From contig JBGFSC010000010.1 of the NCBI GenBank assembly GCA_041694815.1, positions 1 to 64,000 on the forward strand: 64,000 nucleotides of DNA. The letters run 5' to 3'. Origin of the DNA: Elusimicrobiota bacterium. Its GTDB lineage: Bacteria; Elusimicrobiota; Elusimicrobia; UBA1565; JACRDR01. Under the pieces are notes generated by a model. The model worked only from the letters and a program-made list of their open reading frames with translations, was not told where the DNA came from and made no database searches. Positions 31,345 to 41,171 of this stretch are shown here, in pieces (positions within the stretch are counted from its first letter, which is position 1; every line of letters begins with the position of its first letter). Position numbers and translations under genes: made by a program.

Positions 31345-33489
31345 CTAAAAAAGCTCCGCGGGGTTCGGCGGCAGGGCGGGGTCGAAGGGTGGACGAAGAG
31401 TGGCGGGCTTGCGGAGCCACCGGACGAACTCCACCAGAAGGTTCTTGAGCTCCAGGCACATCTCGAGGCCGTTGGCGGAGGCCGCGCGCTCGCGCTCGAG
31501 AAGCCAGCGCTCGCGTTGCGGTCCATCGATAGCCCTGCCCGAGCGGAGCTGCTCGGAATACTCCAGCGCCAAAAGCCCCAGCCGCCCGTACTGGCCCAGC
31601 TTATCGAGCCAGGGCCCACCTTCCTCCGGCATGCGCCCCCCCAGGCGCTCGCGCGCCAGCGCGGGCAGTCCCGCCAATTCCTCGAATATCCGTCGGAGCC
31701 CTTCGCTCGAGCCGTCCTTCTCATAATGCCTCAAGGCCCGCTCGAGCCTCGTCGGAAACGATCGCGGCGACAGGAGGCGCTGCGCCAAGAGCCCAGCGCG
31801 CAACAAACTCGGGGGGCGGTAGGGCGGTTTCGCCGGATCCCATTTAGACTCGCTCGAGCTCAAAAAGCCTTCCATTAAGCCGCGGGAGAGCCCCAATGAA
31901 ATAAACTCCACCCTTCCCCTCCAGTGCCACAGCCGTTCTTCCAGCGGAGCCGGAAGGAAAGACGAGGAATTGATCGCCCCCTGGGCGCGCGAAGCCGCGT
32001 TCCCTAACCAGGGAACCCATGGCAGGAGCTCCGGATGAGGCAACGCGGCCCGCACCGCCTCGGACGCCGCCGCGAGGCGCTTGAGGGAGGATTCAAGTGC
32101 CTCCCGGGAGCCGGACTTGCTCCCGCAATATTCCCGCACGCGCGCCGCTAACGGCTTCAAATCCCCCTCGGGGCCGCCCTCCAGCCTCGCTCGCAGCAGG
32201 TTCAAGAACCGATCCAGGGCAAGATCGGCCGTAATGGCGGCCTTCGCCTCGGCCTTGCGGCGCAGGGCCGAGAAACGCTCGATGCGCGACTCCTCCCGCC
32301 GGGCCAGGGCGTCCATCCCCGCTAGGGCGGCTTCGGCCTGGGAAGACAGCTTGCGAACCCAGGGTGACAATTCCATCAGAAGCGCCGGGTCATGAGCCAG
32401 GCTCGCGCTCAAGCCGCTCGGCAGCACGACGAGCTTACGCAAATAAGAGCGAAGGGGTTCTTCCTTTTTCTCTTCCCGATAACGGATCAGGAGCTCCTCG
32501 AGGCGGCGCGAGCCCTCGGGACCATCGGGATCCAGCCAGGAGCTGGAATTGTTCTCGACGAACAGGCGCAAGGCCTCCGACGGGGAGTCGATCGACTCCC
32601 TCCAAGCGCGATCGGGATCATAAGCTCGGGGATCCGCGGCGTAAGCCGCCGCCGTATGCAGCGCAAAACGCGACAACCGCGGCAGGGGCGAGGCGTTGGC
32701 GACATAGGCCTCGTGATGCTCGGCCAAGGAAGGGTCCCTGCCCGTCAAGGGTCCAAGGAACAGCCGCCCTGAATCCAGGAGCCGATCCTGAACGGGATAA
32801 TTATCCCCCAAAGCCAAGGGATGCCCGAGCTCTTTCTTGAAATCCCCGGCCTCGCCGACGCCGATACGCCGGCTAAGGATCTGGCCGCCGGTCCAGCCGA
32901 TGATATAGCGCGAATCAAGGCGCCGCGCGATATCCCGCCAATAACGCCGCGGCGTGGAGTCTCTCCAATAGAGCGCGGGGACGAAAATCATTCGGAGTCC
33001 GGAATGGCGATCGGCCAATCTCGAAATCAACGCGTTGGCGAAATCGACATGATACCCCTTCGGCTCGAGATCGTCGAAAGCCAAGACCAGCTTAGACACC
33101 CCCAAGCCGAGCACCGACTCGTATTTGGCGAGCGCTGTCTCGATCTCCGCTGGATCTCCCGAGCGGAGGTCCAAGCCCGGGCTCAGGGCCCAGGCGATAT
33201 CCACGGAATTCCGGCGGCCCGACTCGACCAATCGTTTCAGCTCGCGCGCCTCGCGCGGCTCCAGCGGCCGCCGCCAGTAACGCCTTTGGGAAGGCTCGTC
33301 CTTGGCCGCCAACACGAAGAGGTTCATCCCTCGGCGCGACATCCACTCGACCATCGAACGGCGCTGCTCCCAACTCCAGGGACGCCCATAGAATCCCTCG
33401 AGCACCCCGCGCCATTTAAAGCCCGGCTCTTGGGCGGCCGCGGCGGCGGCAACAAAAAGGGGAAGCAGCAGCCCCGAAGCGCGGCTCAC
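31345..33489 (-). CDS. Secreted GH84 beta-N-acetylglucosaminidase-like protein
   Basis: RGVLEGFYGRPWS, AKDEP, ALSPG, catalytic FDD, DNYPV; signal peptide. Confidence 0.85.
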   Translation of the reverse strand: MSRASGLLLPLFVAAAAAAQEPGFKWRGVLEGFYGRPWSWEQRRSMVEWMSRRGMNLFVLAAKDEPSQRRYWRRPLEPREARELKRLVESGRRNSVDIAWALSPGLDLRSGDPAEIETALAKYESVLGLGVSKLVLAFDDLEPKGYHVDFANALISRLADRHSGLRMIFVPALYWRDSTPRRYWRDIARRLDSRYIIGWTGGQILSRRIGVGEAGDFKKELGHPLALGDNYPVQDRLLDSGRLFLGPLTGRDPSLAEHHEAYVANASPLPRLSRFALHTAAAYAADPRAYDPDRAWRESIDSPSEALRLFVENNSSSWLDPDGPEGSRRLEELLIRYREEKKEEPLRSYLRKLVVLPSGLSASLAHDPALLMELSPWVRKLSSQAEAALAGMDALARREESRIERFSALRRKAEAKAAITADLALDRFLNLLRARLEGGPEGDLKPLAARVREYCGSKSGSREALESSLKRLAAASEAVRAALPHPELLPWVPWLGNAASRAQGAINSSSFLPAPLEERLWHWRGRVEFISLGLSRGLMEGFLSSSESKWDPAKPPYRPPSLLRAGLLAQRLLSPRSFPTRLERALRHYEKDGSSEGLRRIFEELAGLPALARERLGGRMPEEGGPWLDKLGQYGRLGLLALEYSEQLRSGRAIDGPQRERWLLERERAASANGLEMCLELKNLLVEFVRWLRKPATLRPPFDPALPPNPAELF

Positions 33490-34928
33490 CGGGAAAGCAG
33501 ACGCTCGTAGCCGATCCTTAGAAGCTCTTCGGCGGAAGGGCCGATCGAATTAGTCTCGTTGTAATGGGTACCGGAAGGCTCGGGCGACATGCTGCGGGTG
33601 GGGGTCACTTTGAAATCATAAGCCGGAACGATATAGCCGATCTCGTCGTTGGCCAGCCCCACGACCCAGCCGTGCCGGCCGAGCCTCTGGCGCAGGTACG
33701 GCCCGCGGGGTGCCTTGGAGACGGCCGGCGGGTTGGGATTGGCTGGGCTCCACAGGGGATGGCCGAAGCGCAGGCTCCCGTCGTAGCCGCCCAGGGCAAG
33801 CTCGGGAAACAGCTCGCCGGGGACTCCCAGGATGCGCACGGCGCCGAGACGAATAAGCGAGAGCTCCGTGTCCACGCGCGGACGCAGGCGCTCGGACAGA
33901 GGAAAGAAGAGGAAATGCCTCAAGGGCAGCGCATAGATCTTCCAGCGGGCAAGCGGCTTGCCGGAAGCCTCCAAGAGCTTATGGCCGAAGGCGAGGCTCG
34001 GCATGAAGAGCAGGTAGCGGGAATTATCCACGGTCAAACGTGCCGTTTCGGAGGAAAACGAAAGCGCGTAAACGGCGACACGCTCGGCCTGGCGCAGGGC
34101 GGAGAGCGCCCGCTCCGCCAAGGTTGACCCTATCCTCTCGACATCCGAAAATTGGGTTTTGAGATCGGCCGCGCGGTCCGTATCGGGGATCAGGTGGCCG
34201 CCGATCGAGCCGGGGAAAAAGGCGCAGGTGCCGCCGCGCGACTTTTCGATCTTCGCGCATAAGGCGCCCGGATAATCGGCGGACACCTCATCGTTCTTTT
34301 CTGTTAACACCACCGGATGGCAGGACCAGCGCAGCAGCGTGGCGATGGTTTTGCCGCTTAAGTCCCGCGCCTCGAGGGCGTTTAGCTCTGGATCCAGCAC
34401 GATCGGGTCGCGCGAATCTCGGCAAAGCCCGTTGGGGTCGACGTTCGTCCGCGCGGCGAAGAGCTCGGCTTCCCGCATCCTGGAGCTCAGGTCGCGGACC
34501 AAGCCCTCGATGCGCCTTTTGAGCCGCTCGTGGTAGCGGCGGTCGACCCCGGAAAGCGCCGGGAAACGGCCCCAGAGCCCCATGGTATCGGGGGTCGAAT
34601 GGCTATGCGTGGCGGAAATAAACAGGTATTTTCCGCCGCTCTCCCAGCCGAGCCGCCGTCGCAGGTCCAGCACATCCTCGCGGAAGAGCCCGATGCTGTC
34701 GACGGAGACCAAGGCAACCGTACGCGCGCCGTCGGATAGCAGCAGCGCGCGCGCGTAGAGCGGGTCATGGACCCCGGAGGCCCGGCGCCCGGAGGCGCCG
34801 TAGCCGGCCAGCCAGATCGTTTCCCTTTTTAGATCCGGAGTAATATCCGCCTTGCCGGCGGCGGCGTAGAGCCTAGCCTCCGACGGGAGGGAAAGGGCGA
34901 AGGAAATCGAAAGGAGAAGGGCGTTCAC
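33486..34928 (-). CDS. Neutral/alkaline ceramidase N-terminal-domain family protein, secreted
   Basis: DITP, LAGYG, HDPLYARA, SATHSHSTPD, CHP, SADYPG, PGELFPE. Confidence 0.75.
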   Translation of the reverse strand: MNALLLSISFALSLPSEARLYAAAGKADITPDLKRETIWLAGYGASGRRASGVHDPLYARALLLSDGARTVALVSVDSIGLFREDVLDLRRRLGWESGGKYLFISATHSHSTPDTMGLWGRFPALSGVDRRYHERLKRRIEGLVRDLSSRMREAELFAARTNVDPNGLCRDSRDPIVLDPELNALEARDLSGKTIATLLRWSCHPVVLTEKNDEVSADYPGALCAKIEKSRGGTCAFFPGSIGGHLIPDTDRAADLKTQFSDVERIGSTLAERALSALRQAERVAVYALSFSSETARLTVDNSRYLLFMPSLAFGHKLLEASGKPLARWKIYALPLRHFLFFPLSERLRPRVDTELSLIRLGAVRILGVPGELFPELALGGYDGSLRFGHPLWSPANPNPPAVSKAPRGPYLRQRLGRHGWVVGLANDEIGYIVPAYDFKVTPTRSMSPEPSGTHYNETNSIGPSAEELLRIGYERLLSR

Positions 34929-35911
34929 GGGTCTAGGAACTCAGGGGGTTTAAGCAAAGCGTTGTTTCCCTTTTGGAAATGCTGGCGCCACCATTCCCGA
35001 TGCTCCCCCGGCGCGGCGATGGCGACGCGAGCCTCGGGGATCCGCAGCCAGGGGTCCTCGGAGGGCTCGATGGCCCCCGCGACGCCGCCCAGGCGGCGGC
35101 CCGAGCTGATCATGATCGCGTCCCAAGGCACCCCCATGGCCGAGGCCAGCGAGCGGGCGAGTTCGGTCTGCGAGATCGAGCCGTGAGCGCTACCGAAACT
35201 CTGCCCCGGCTCCGAAGCGATGGGGGGCATTACGAAATAAAGCCGCCGCGTTCCGCGATGGAAGCGCGCGACGGCGCGGGAGACCACGCGCAGCATCGCG
35301 GGCAAGGGCAGGGAGGCCTCGCCGCCGATCTGACCGATGGGCCACTGCCGCGCGAGGTCGACGACGAGCATGTCATGGGTCGGCTCGTCGCCTATTTTTT
35401 CGGAACGGAAACACGCGGTGGACCCGAGCCCGTCCGAATAACTCTCCTCGAGCGTCTCGTAGAATCCCCGTCCGGCCTTCTCGAACTCCTGGGTCGCGCG
35501 CGGGAAATGGCTGCGGCTCGAGACCAGCACCGCTTTCTTGAAGCCCCTCTGGCGGGCGATCCGGGTGCTAAACACCGCGTTCTCCTCGGTATTGGAAGAC
35601 GAGTTCTCGAGCAGCACGTCCTCGCCGTCGATCCCCATGGCCACGGCGGCCATGCGCATCATCTCGGCCTCGGAGATGTGCCCCGCGGTGTAGCCTCCGG
35701 AGACGATGAGCTTCGAGGCACGGCCCTGCCTCACTTCCAAGGCCGCGCGGCAGACCCGCTGCACCAATATCGGATTCGCCCAGCCCTCCGGCGCGCTCCC
35801 CGCGCCCAGCACGATCAGCACGTCCGCGTACGGGACGCTCACCCCCTGGGCGAAAAGCGTCGTGGGAAATAAGAACGCCGCGAGTAGATACTTAACGGCT
35901 TCGATTCGCAT
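34925..35911 (-). CDS. YdcF/DUF218 family protein
   Basis: IVLGAG, IVSGG, SEAEMM, SSNTEENA, SSRSHFPRA. Confidence 0.85.
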   Translation of the reverse strand: MRIEAVKYLLAAFLFPTTLFAQGVSVPYADVLIVLGAGSAPEGWANPILVQRVCRAALEVRQGRASKLIVSGGYTAGHISEAEMMRMAAVAMGIDGEDVLLENSSSNTEENAVFSTRIARQRGFKKAVLVSSRSHFPRATQEFEKAGRGFYETLEESYSDGLGSTACFRSEKIGDEPTHDMLVVDLARQWPIGQIGGEASLPLPAMLRVVSRAVARFHRGTRRLYFVMPPIASEPGQSFGSAHGSISQTELARSLASAMGVPWDAIMISSGRRLGGVAGAIEPSEDPWLRIPEARVAIAAPGEHREWWRQHFQKGNNALLKPPEFLDP

Positions 35912-36602
35912 ACGCGCAATCCTCCCCTAGAGGGCACCCGCCGCAGAGAGGCTCCGGGCGGCAGAAGTATTTTGCCAGCGCGACCAAAAGGGCATGGAAC
36001 TCCTGGTAGACACGGACCGAACGGGGCAGACGCTGGGTCAAATAACGCTGGGCCTCGGCGTAACCGGCGGCCTTAAACCAGCCAACCCGGCCTCCGATGC
36101 GCAGGGTATAGGCGTCGACGACGAAGGCGGGGCGGCCTCCGGCGTAGAGCAGGATCGAATCGGCCGTTTCCGGGCCTATCCCATGTATTTCGAGCAGTTC
36201 CTCGCGCAGCGCGGCGAGGTTTCCGCCCAACCAGCGCCGCAGCCCGGTTCCCTTAGCCAGGGCATGCCGCGCGAAGGCCTTGAGCTTTATCGCTTTCTGC
36301 CGGAAATAGCCCGAGCTACGGATCATCCGCCCCAATCGGCCCGGGGGCATGCGTTCGACGGCCCTCAAATCGACGGCGCGGGAGCGCCGCATTCCCTCCA
36401 AGGCACGCTCGACGTTCCACCAAGCCGTGTTCTGCGTGAGTATGGCCCCGAAGGCGATCTCCGTCGCCTCGCGCTCCGTGGGATCCAACAGCTTCCCGGG
36501 GTGGTATCGGGGACGGTACTCGCCGTCGGGCGTCACCGGCCACCAGCCCTGAGGCCCGAAGGCGCGCAGCAACCTCCGGTAGGCCATTGCCGGTCTAATC
36601 AT
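35892..36602 (-). CDS. Endonuclease III-like HhH-GPD glycosylase
   Basis: GPQGWWP, GAILTQNT, GIGPETADSILLY, FCRPEPLCGGCPLGEDC Fe-S motif. Confidence 0.9.
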   Translation of the reverse strand: MIRPAMAYRRLLRAFGPQGWWPVTPDGEYRPRYHPGKLLDPTEREATEIAFGAILTQNTAWWNVERALEGMRRSRAVDLRAVERMPPGRLGRMIRSSGYFRQKAIKLKAFARHALAKGTGLRRWLGGNLAALREELLEIHGIGPETADSILLYAGGRPAFVVDAYTLRIGGRVGWFKAAGYAEAQRYLTQRLPRSVRVYQEFHALLVALAKYFCRPEPLCGGCPLGEDCAYANRSR

Positions 36603-38322
36603 GGCGGGCGAGCCAGCGCCGCAGCTCGGCGAGGGGCAGACAATTGAGCACGTGCTTGGGTTCGAGCCATGCCCTGCGCGCGATCGTCACGGACATCGCC
36701 ATGTGCTCGTACTCGTAGGTGGAATGTGCGTCGGTATCGAGCGCGAGCGGGATTCCCAGCTCCTTGGCCCGACGCGCGCGGACGTCGTCGATATCCTGCC
36801 GGTCCGGCTGCCCGTTGATCTCGATCGCCGTTTCCGCGGAGGCCGCGGCCTTAAAAACCGCCTCCGCGTCGTGCGCGTAGGCGGGTCGGCGGTTGATGAG
36901 GCGCCCCGAGAGGTGGCCGAGTATGTCGACGTGCGGGTTGGCCGCCGCCGCGCAGATGCGCCGCGTCATCTCCGGCTCGCTCTGCTTGAAGCGCGAATGC
37001 ACGGAGCCCACCACGACGTCGATCTCGCGCAGCACCGAATCCGGGTAATCCAGGCTTCCGTCGGCCAGGATGTCGACTTCCATCGAGCGCATCAGTTCGA
37101 TGCCCCGGACCTTCCGCCGCAGGCGTTCGATCTCGCGGAAGCTGCGCCTCAGCTCGTCTACGCTCAACCCCTTGGCGACGGTAAGCGACCTGGAATGATC
37201 CCCCAGCGCCACCCATTCCCAGCCGCGCTCGCGCGCGGCCTCGGCCATCCGCTCGAGGCTGTGGCGCCCGTCGGTCAAAGTCGAGTGGTTGTGGAAATCG
37301 CCGCGTATGTCCTTGATCTCGACTAGGCGCGGCAGCCGGCCGGCCGCCGCCGCCTCCAATTCCCCGCGGTTCTCCCTCAATTCCGGCGGGATATACGGCA
37401 GGCCCAAAGCCTCATAGACTCCTTCCTCGTGCCGGCCGGCGAGGGGCTTGGCCTGCTTCTTATCCGAGAGTCGGTAGACTCCGTATTCGTTGATCGTCAG
37501 GCCGCGCTTGAGCGCCCGCTCCCTGAGGGCCACGTTATGGGCCTTCGAGCCGGTGAAATACTGGAGCGCCGCGCCGAAGGAGCGGGAGGGCACGACGCGC
37601 AGGTCGCACTGGATACCGGCGGCGAGCATCACGCTCGCCTTGGTGCCGCCGGCGGCCAGCACCCGGGCCACCGAGGGAAGCTTAGTGAAGGCCGCGATCA
37701 CGGGCTGGCCGGCGCCGCTTTCGCAAAGGATGTCGATGTCCGCCACCGTCTCCTGGCCCCGCCTCAAGGAACCGGCCGGCTCGACCCTTCCCACCCCTGG
37801 CAGCGCCCGCAAGGCCGCGCAGATCGGTTCGGCGGCCTGCCTCGCCTCCCAATGCAAGACACGCCGCGATTTCTTGGCGAACTCGAGGCCCTTGAGTATG
37901 TTCTCGAGCATCTTCGGCCCGAAGCCGCGCAATCCCTCAAGGCGGCCCGATTCGATAGCCTCCCGCAAGGCCTGCGTTCCCTCGATGCCCGCCTCCTCGA
38001 AGAGAAAGCGCGCGCGCTTGGGGCCCAGACCGGGGAGGCGCGTCATCTCCTGCAGGCCGGCCGGAAAGCGCTTGCGCGAGCGCCGCAGCTCGGCGAAGCT
38101 CCCGCAGCGGGCGATCTCGCGCAGGTGGGCCGCGATGCTCTTGCCCACTCCGGGGATCTCCAGAAGCTCCTTCGGGGAAAGCGCGCACACCGATTGCGGC
38201 AAGGTCGCGACGCTTTGGGCGGCGCGGTAATAGGAGCGGATGCGGAACGGGTTGGCCCCCTCCAGCTCCAGGAGCAGGGCCATCTCGGAGAGAAGCGCCG
38301 CTACCTCAGCGTTGCTGGCCAT
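36595..38322 (-). CDS. polX: DNA polymerase/3'-5' exonuclease PolX
   Basis: NPFR, AGSLRR, DIDIL, DLR, YFTGSKAHN; PHP domain HNHS, DHS, DAH. Confidence 0.95.
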   Translation of the reverse strand: MASNAEVAALLSEMALLLELEGANPFRIRSYYRAAQSVATLPQSVCALSPKELLEIPGVGKSIAAHLREIARCGSFAELRRSRKRFPAGLQEMTRLPGLGPKRARFLFEEAGIEGTQALREAIESGRLEGLRGFGPKMLENILKGLEFAKKSRRVLHWEARQAAEPICAALRALPGVGRVEPAGSLRRGQETVADIDILCESGAGQPVIAAFTKLPSVARVLAAGGTKASVMLAAGIQCDLRVVPSRSFGAALQYFTGSKAHNVALRERALKRGLTINEYGVYRLSDKKQAKPLAGRHEEGVYEALGLPYIPPELRENRGELEAAAAGRLPRLVEIKDIRGDFHNHSTLTDGRHSLERMAEAARERGWEWVALGDHSRSLTVAKGLSVDELRRSFREIERLRRKVRGIELMRSMEVDILADGSLDYPDSVLREIDVVVGSVHSRFKQSEPEMTRRICAAAANPHVDILGHLSGRLINRRPAYAHDAEAVFKAAASAETAIEINGQPDRQDIDDVRARRAKELGIPLALDTDAHSTYEYEHMAMSVTIARRAWLEPKHVLNCLPLAELRRWLARHD

Positions 38323-38683
38323 CGGCGAGCACCTTCTCGATCTTCTTGATTAAGCGCTCGTTGTCGTAGGGCTTGGTGACGTAATCGTTGGCGCCAGCGG
38401 CGAAGGCCGTTTCCACGTCCCCCATGCGGCCGAGGGCGGTCAGGGCGATGATCTTGATCGCGGAGGTCTTCGCTTCGGACTTGAGTATGCGGCAGACGTC
38501 GATGCCGCCCAGCACGGGCAGCAGCAGGTCGAGGAGGATGATCTCGGGCATCTCGCGGCGGGCCGTCTCGATCGCCGATTGGCCGTCGGCGGCGAAAAAG
38601 ACCCGGTAGCCCTTGACCTTGAGCAGCGCCTGGAGGCTTTCGGCGAGCATGGCGTCGTCTTCGACTACCAGCACCTTCCTCAT
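38306..38683 (-). CDS. Single-domain response regulator
   Basis: VVEDD, ILLD, LTA, YVTKP. Confidence 0.92.
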   Translation of the reverse strand: MRKVLVVEDDAMLAESLQALLKVKGYRVFFAADGQSAIETARREMPEIILLDLLLPVLGGIDVCRILKSEAKTSAIKIIALTALGRMGDVETAFAAGANDYVTKPYDNERLIKKIEKVLADGQQR

Positions 38684-38714
38684 CGGTCAAACTCTAGCAA
38701 ATTCGCCGCCAGCG

Positions 38715-39473
38715 TCACTTAGCCGGCAGGCATACCTCCACAAGGGTGCGGCCATCGGCCTCGATCGAAAGCGACATGCTGCCCCCGTGCATCTCAACGA
38801 TGGCGCGCCCGAGGCCCAGCCCCACGCCCACGCTCGCTAAGACCTGCGAGTTCCCGGAGACCGGGTAGAACAGCTCGAGGGAACGCTCGGCCTGCCCCGG
38901 CGCCGGCGGCATCGACGCGAAACCCACCGTCACGCGCAGCGCCCCGTCCTGAGCGCGCGCCTTAAGCGAAAGCGCTCCCTGTCGGCGGAACTTGCGCGCA
39001 TGAGCCAGCACGGCCAAGAACACCCGGAATATCCGCTCCTGATCGGCGCTAACGCGCGGCAGGCGCTCCGGAACGTCCACGTCTAGAGGGACGTCGTCAC
39101 GCGAGACGCCGATGCGGGTGGCCTCCAGCGCCTCGCGGAGCAGCTGCGCGAGGTCGACCTCCTCCTTGCGCAAATGGAGGTCGCGGTGGAACTCGAGATG
39201 TAGGAAATCGCGGAGGTCGCCGACCAGGCTGTTTAAGCGCTGCACCTGGCCCCGCATCATCCTCATCCATTCCTCCTGGTCCTTCGGCATCGGGCCGAAT
39301 ACGCCCGAGAGAAAATTAAGGACCGTCATGTTGAGGCCCGTGATCGGCGTATTGAGCTCGTGCGCCACGAAGGAAAGCATCCGGCCACGCAACCGGCCCC
39401 GGCGCATGAGGAAGCAAGCGCATATCGAGGCCCCAGCGGCCGCCCCGGCCACGAACAGGAAAAATGCACTCAT
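38715..39473 (-). CDS. Small membrane histidine kinase with degenerate ATPase domain
   Basis: One TM segment, H-box AHELNTP, G2 GVGLGL, EMHGG; N and G1 boxes altered. Confidence 0.8.
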   Translation of the reverse strand: MSAFFLFVAGAAAGASICACFLMRRGRLRGRMLSFVAHELNTPITGLNMTVLNFLSGVFGPMPKDQEEWMRMMRGQVQRLNSLVGDLRDFLHLEFHRDLHLRKEEVDLAQLLREALEATRIGVSRDDVPLDVDVPERLPRVSADQERIFRVFLAVLAHARKFRRQGALSLKARAQDGALRVTVGFASMPPAPGQAERSLELFYPVSGNSQVLASVGVGLGLGRAIVEMHGGSMSLSIEADGRTLVEVCLPAK

Positions 39474-39985
39474 ACGGCGAACGCGGAGCGCCGATGCCTT
39501 TGCGCCAGTAAAAGGTAGGATTTCTCGCTCGCGCGCAGCGAGGCGAGCTCGCGGGGGCGCAAGCGCCGGAGCACCTTGGCCGGCGAGCCGATCACCAGGC
39601 TCTCGGGCGGAATTTTCATCCCCGCCAGGACCAGCGCCCCGGCCCCCACGAGGCAGCGGGGTCCGACCTCGGCCTCCATCACCACCGCGCCCATACCGAT
39701 GAGGCAGCCGTCACCCACGCGGCAGCCGTGCAGGACGACCCGATGCCCCACCGTCACCCCCTTACCGACGACGGTGGGCCGCCCCTCGCGGCAATGGATG
39801 ACGGAGAGATCCTGGATGTTGCTGGCCTCGCCGATCTCGATACGGTCGACGTCGGCGCGCAGCACGCAGCCGGGCCAGATCGAGGCGCGCGCGCCGACCC
39901 TAGCCGCACCGATGATCTCGGCGGACTCGTGGATGAAGGCGCTCGGGTGGATGCGGGGCGCCTTGCGGCCGAAACGGCGGATCAA
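39470..39985 (-). CDS. Gamma carbonic anhydrase family protein
   Basis: VLRAD, SNIQD, TVGH, LHGC, IGMGA, GSPAK. Confidence 0.92.
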   Translation of the reverse strand: MIRRFGRKAPRIHPSAFIHESAEIIGAARVGARASIWPGCVLRADVDRIEIGEASNIQDLSVIHCREGRPTVVGKGVTVGHRVVLHGCRVGDGCLIGMGAVVMEAEVGPRCLVGAGALVLAGMKIPPESLVIGSPAKVLRRLRPRELASLRASEKSYLLLAQRHRRSAFAV

Positions 39986-41070
39986 CAGCGCCTCCGCTGG
40001 CGCTGGAGATGGCGCGCCTCGAGCTCCAGTTCCGCCGGCAGGCTTTCCTGCGCCGTCTGTTCGATTAAGGCGGGCTCGGAGACCTTGAGCCCCCAGAGCA
40101 GAAAAACGCTGGAGAGGCCCGGCAGCACGTGGTAGGCCACGCGGTAGAGCAGAACCGCGACCATCGCGTCGTTCCAGTCGCTGCCCAGCCGCTCGAAGAC
40201 GGCGGCCATCGAGCCCTCCATCGCCCCCAAGCCGCCGGGCAACAGTGGCACGAGCATCGCCGCCTGGCCGACGGCGAAGCCCGTGACGCAGTGGGCCACG
40301 GACAGCTCGTCTCCGACGGCGCGGAAGGCGAAATAGAGCACCATCATCGTGAAGGCCCAGTCGAGGCAGGTGTAGACGATCGCCATCGTCAGGCGGCCGC
40401 GCGCGCCATGAATCTTGGCCAGGCCCTCCGTGAGCTGTATCTCAAAATCGACGAAGTCTTCCTTGGGGATCTCCTTCTTCGAGAAATAGAAAGAAACCCG
40501 GTTGATCCAGTGGAATATCTTGCGGAACAGCCGGCTGCGCCATTCGTGGTCGAAGAGGAAAATCAAGAAGGGGAGCGTGGCGGCGCCGAGCAGCAGCAGC
40601 CCGACGACGCCCTCCAAGAGCTGCAGCCGCGCGCCCTTCATCCCGAGAAGCAAATAGACTAAGCCCTCGAGGATGATGACGCCGAGAACCGCGTACATGA
40701 GCGCCGTACTGACGACGGAGGCGGTGACGGTGACCGCGTAGGGCACGTTGCGCTTGCGCAGCAAATGGGCCTTGAGCGCGAAGCCGCTGGCACCCAGCGA
40801 AGAGACGAAATAATTGGCGGTAGTCGAGACGAAGGCGATCCCTTGCACCTCCGGGAACGGAAGCCGGTAGCCCAACAGCCCCAGGACCTCCCCCAGGGCC
40901 AGGCCGATCATGGCGTAGCTGATAACGGCGGAGGCGATGGCGAGAGAAACAAAGCGCCAATCGAGGTCGCCGGCAACGCGCAAGAGGGGGCGGACATGAC
41001 CGACGAGCAGCCAACCGAATATGGCCGCGGACACCAATACGCCCAGCAGGATAAACTTCGCTTTCGCCAT
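39982..41070 (-). CDS. Lysylphosphatidylglycerol synthase TM-region / flippase-like membrane protein
   Basis: Multi-TM protein; PGGLGAMEG, AVLLYR. Confidence 0.85.
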   Translation of the reverse strand: MAKAKFILLGVLVSAAIFGWLLVGHVRPLLRVAGDLDWRFVSLAIASAVISYAMIGLALGEVLGLLGYRLPFPEVQGIAFVSTTANYFVSSLGASGFALKAHLLRKRNVPYAVTVTASVVSTALMYAVLGVIILEGLVYLLLGMKGARLQLLEGVVGLLLLGAATLPFLIFLFDHEWRSRLFRKIFHWINRVSFYFSKKEIPKEDFVDFEIQLTEGLAKIHGARGRLTMAIVYTCLDWAFTMMVLYFAFRAVGDELSVAHCVTGFAVGQAAMLVPLLPGGLGAMEGSMAAVFERLGSDWNDAMVAVLLYRVAYHVLPGLSSVFLLWGLKVSEPALIEQTAQESLPAELELEARHLQRQRRRC

Positions 41071-41171
41071 GCACCCGCCGGCCTTGTCACCCCGACGGAA
41101 ATCTAGTATCCTAATTTTTAGCCTCGACTGTCTACATTATCCCTCCCGCTGGCGAGTTATAACGAATACCC

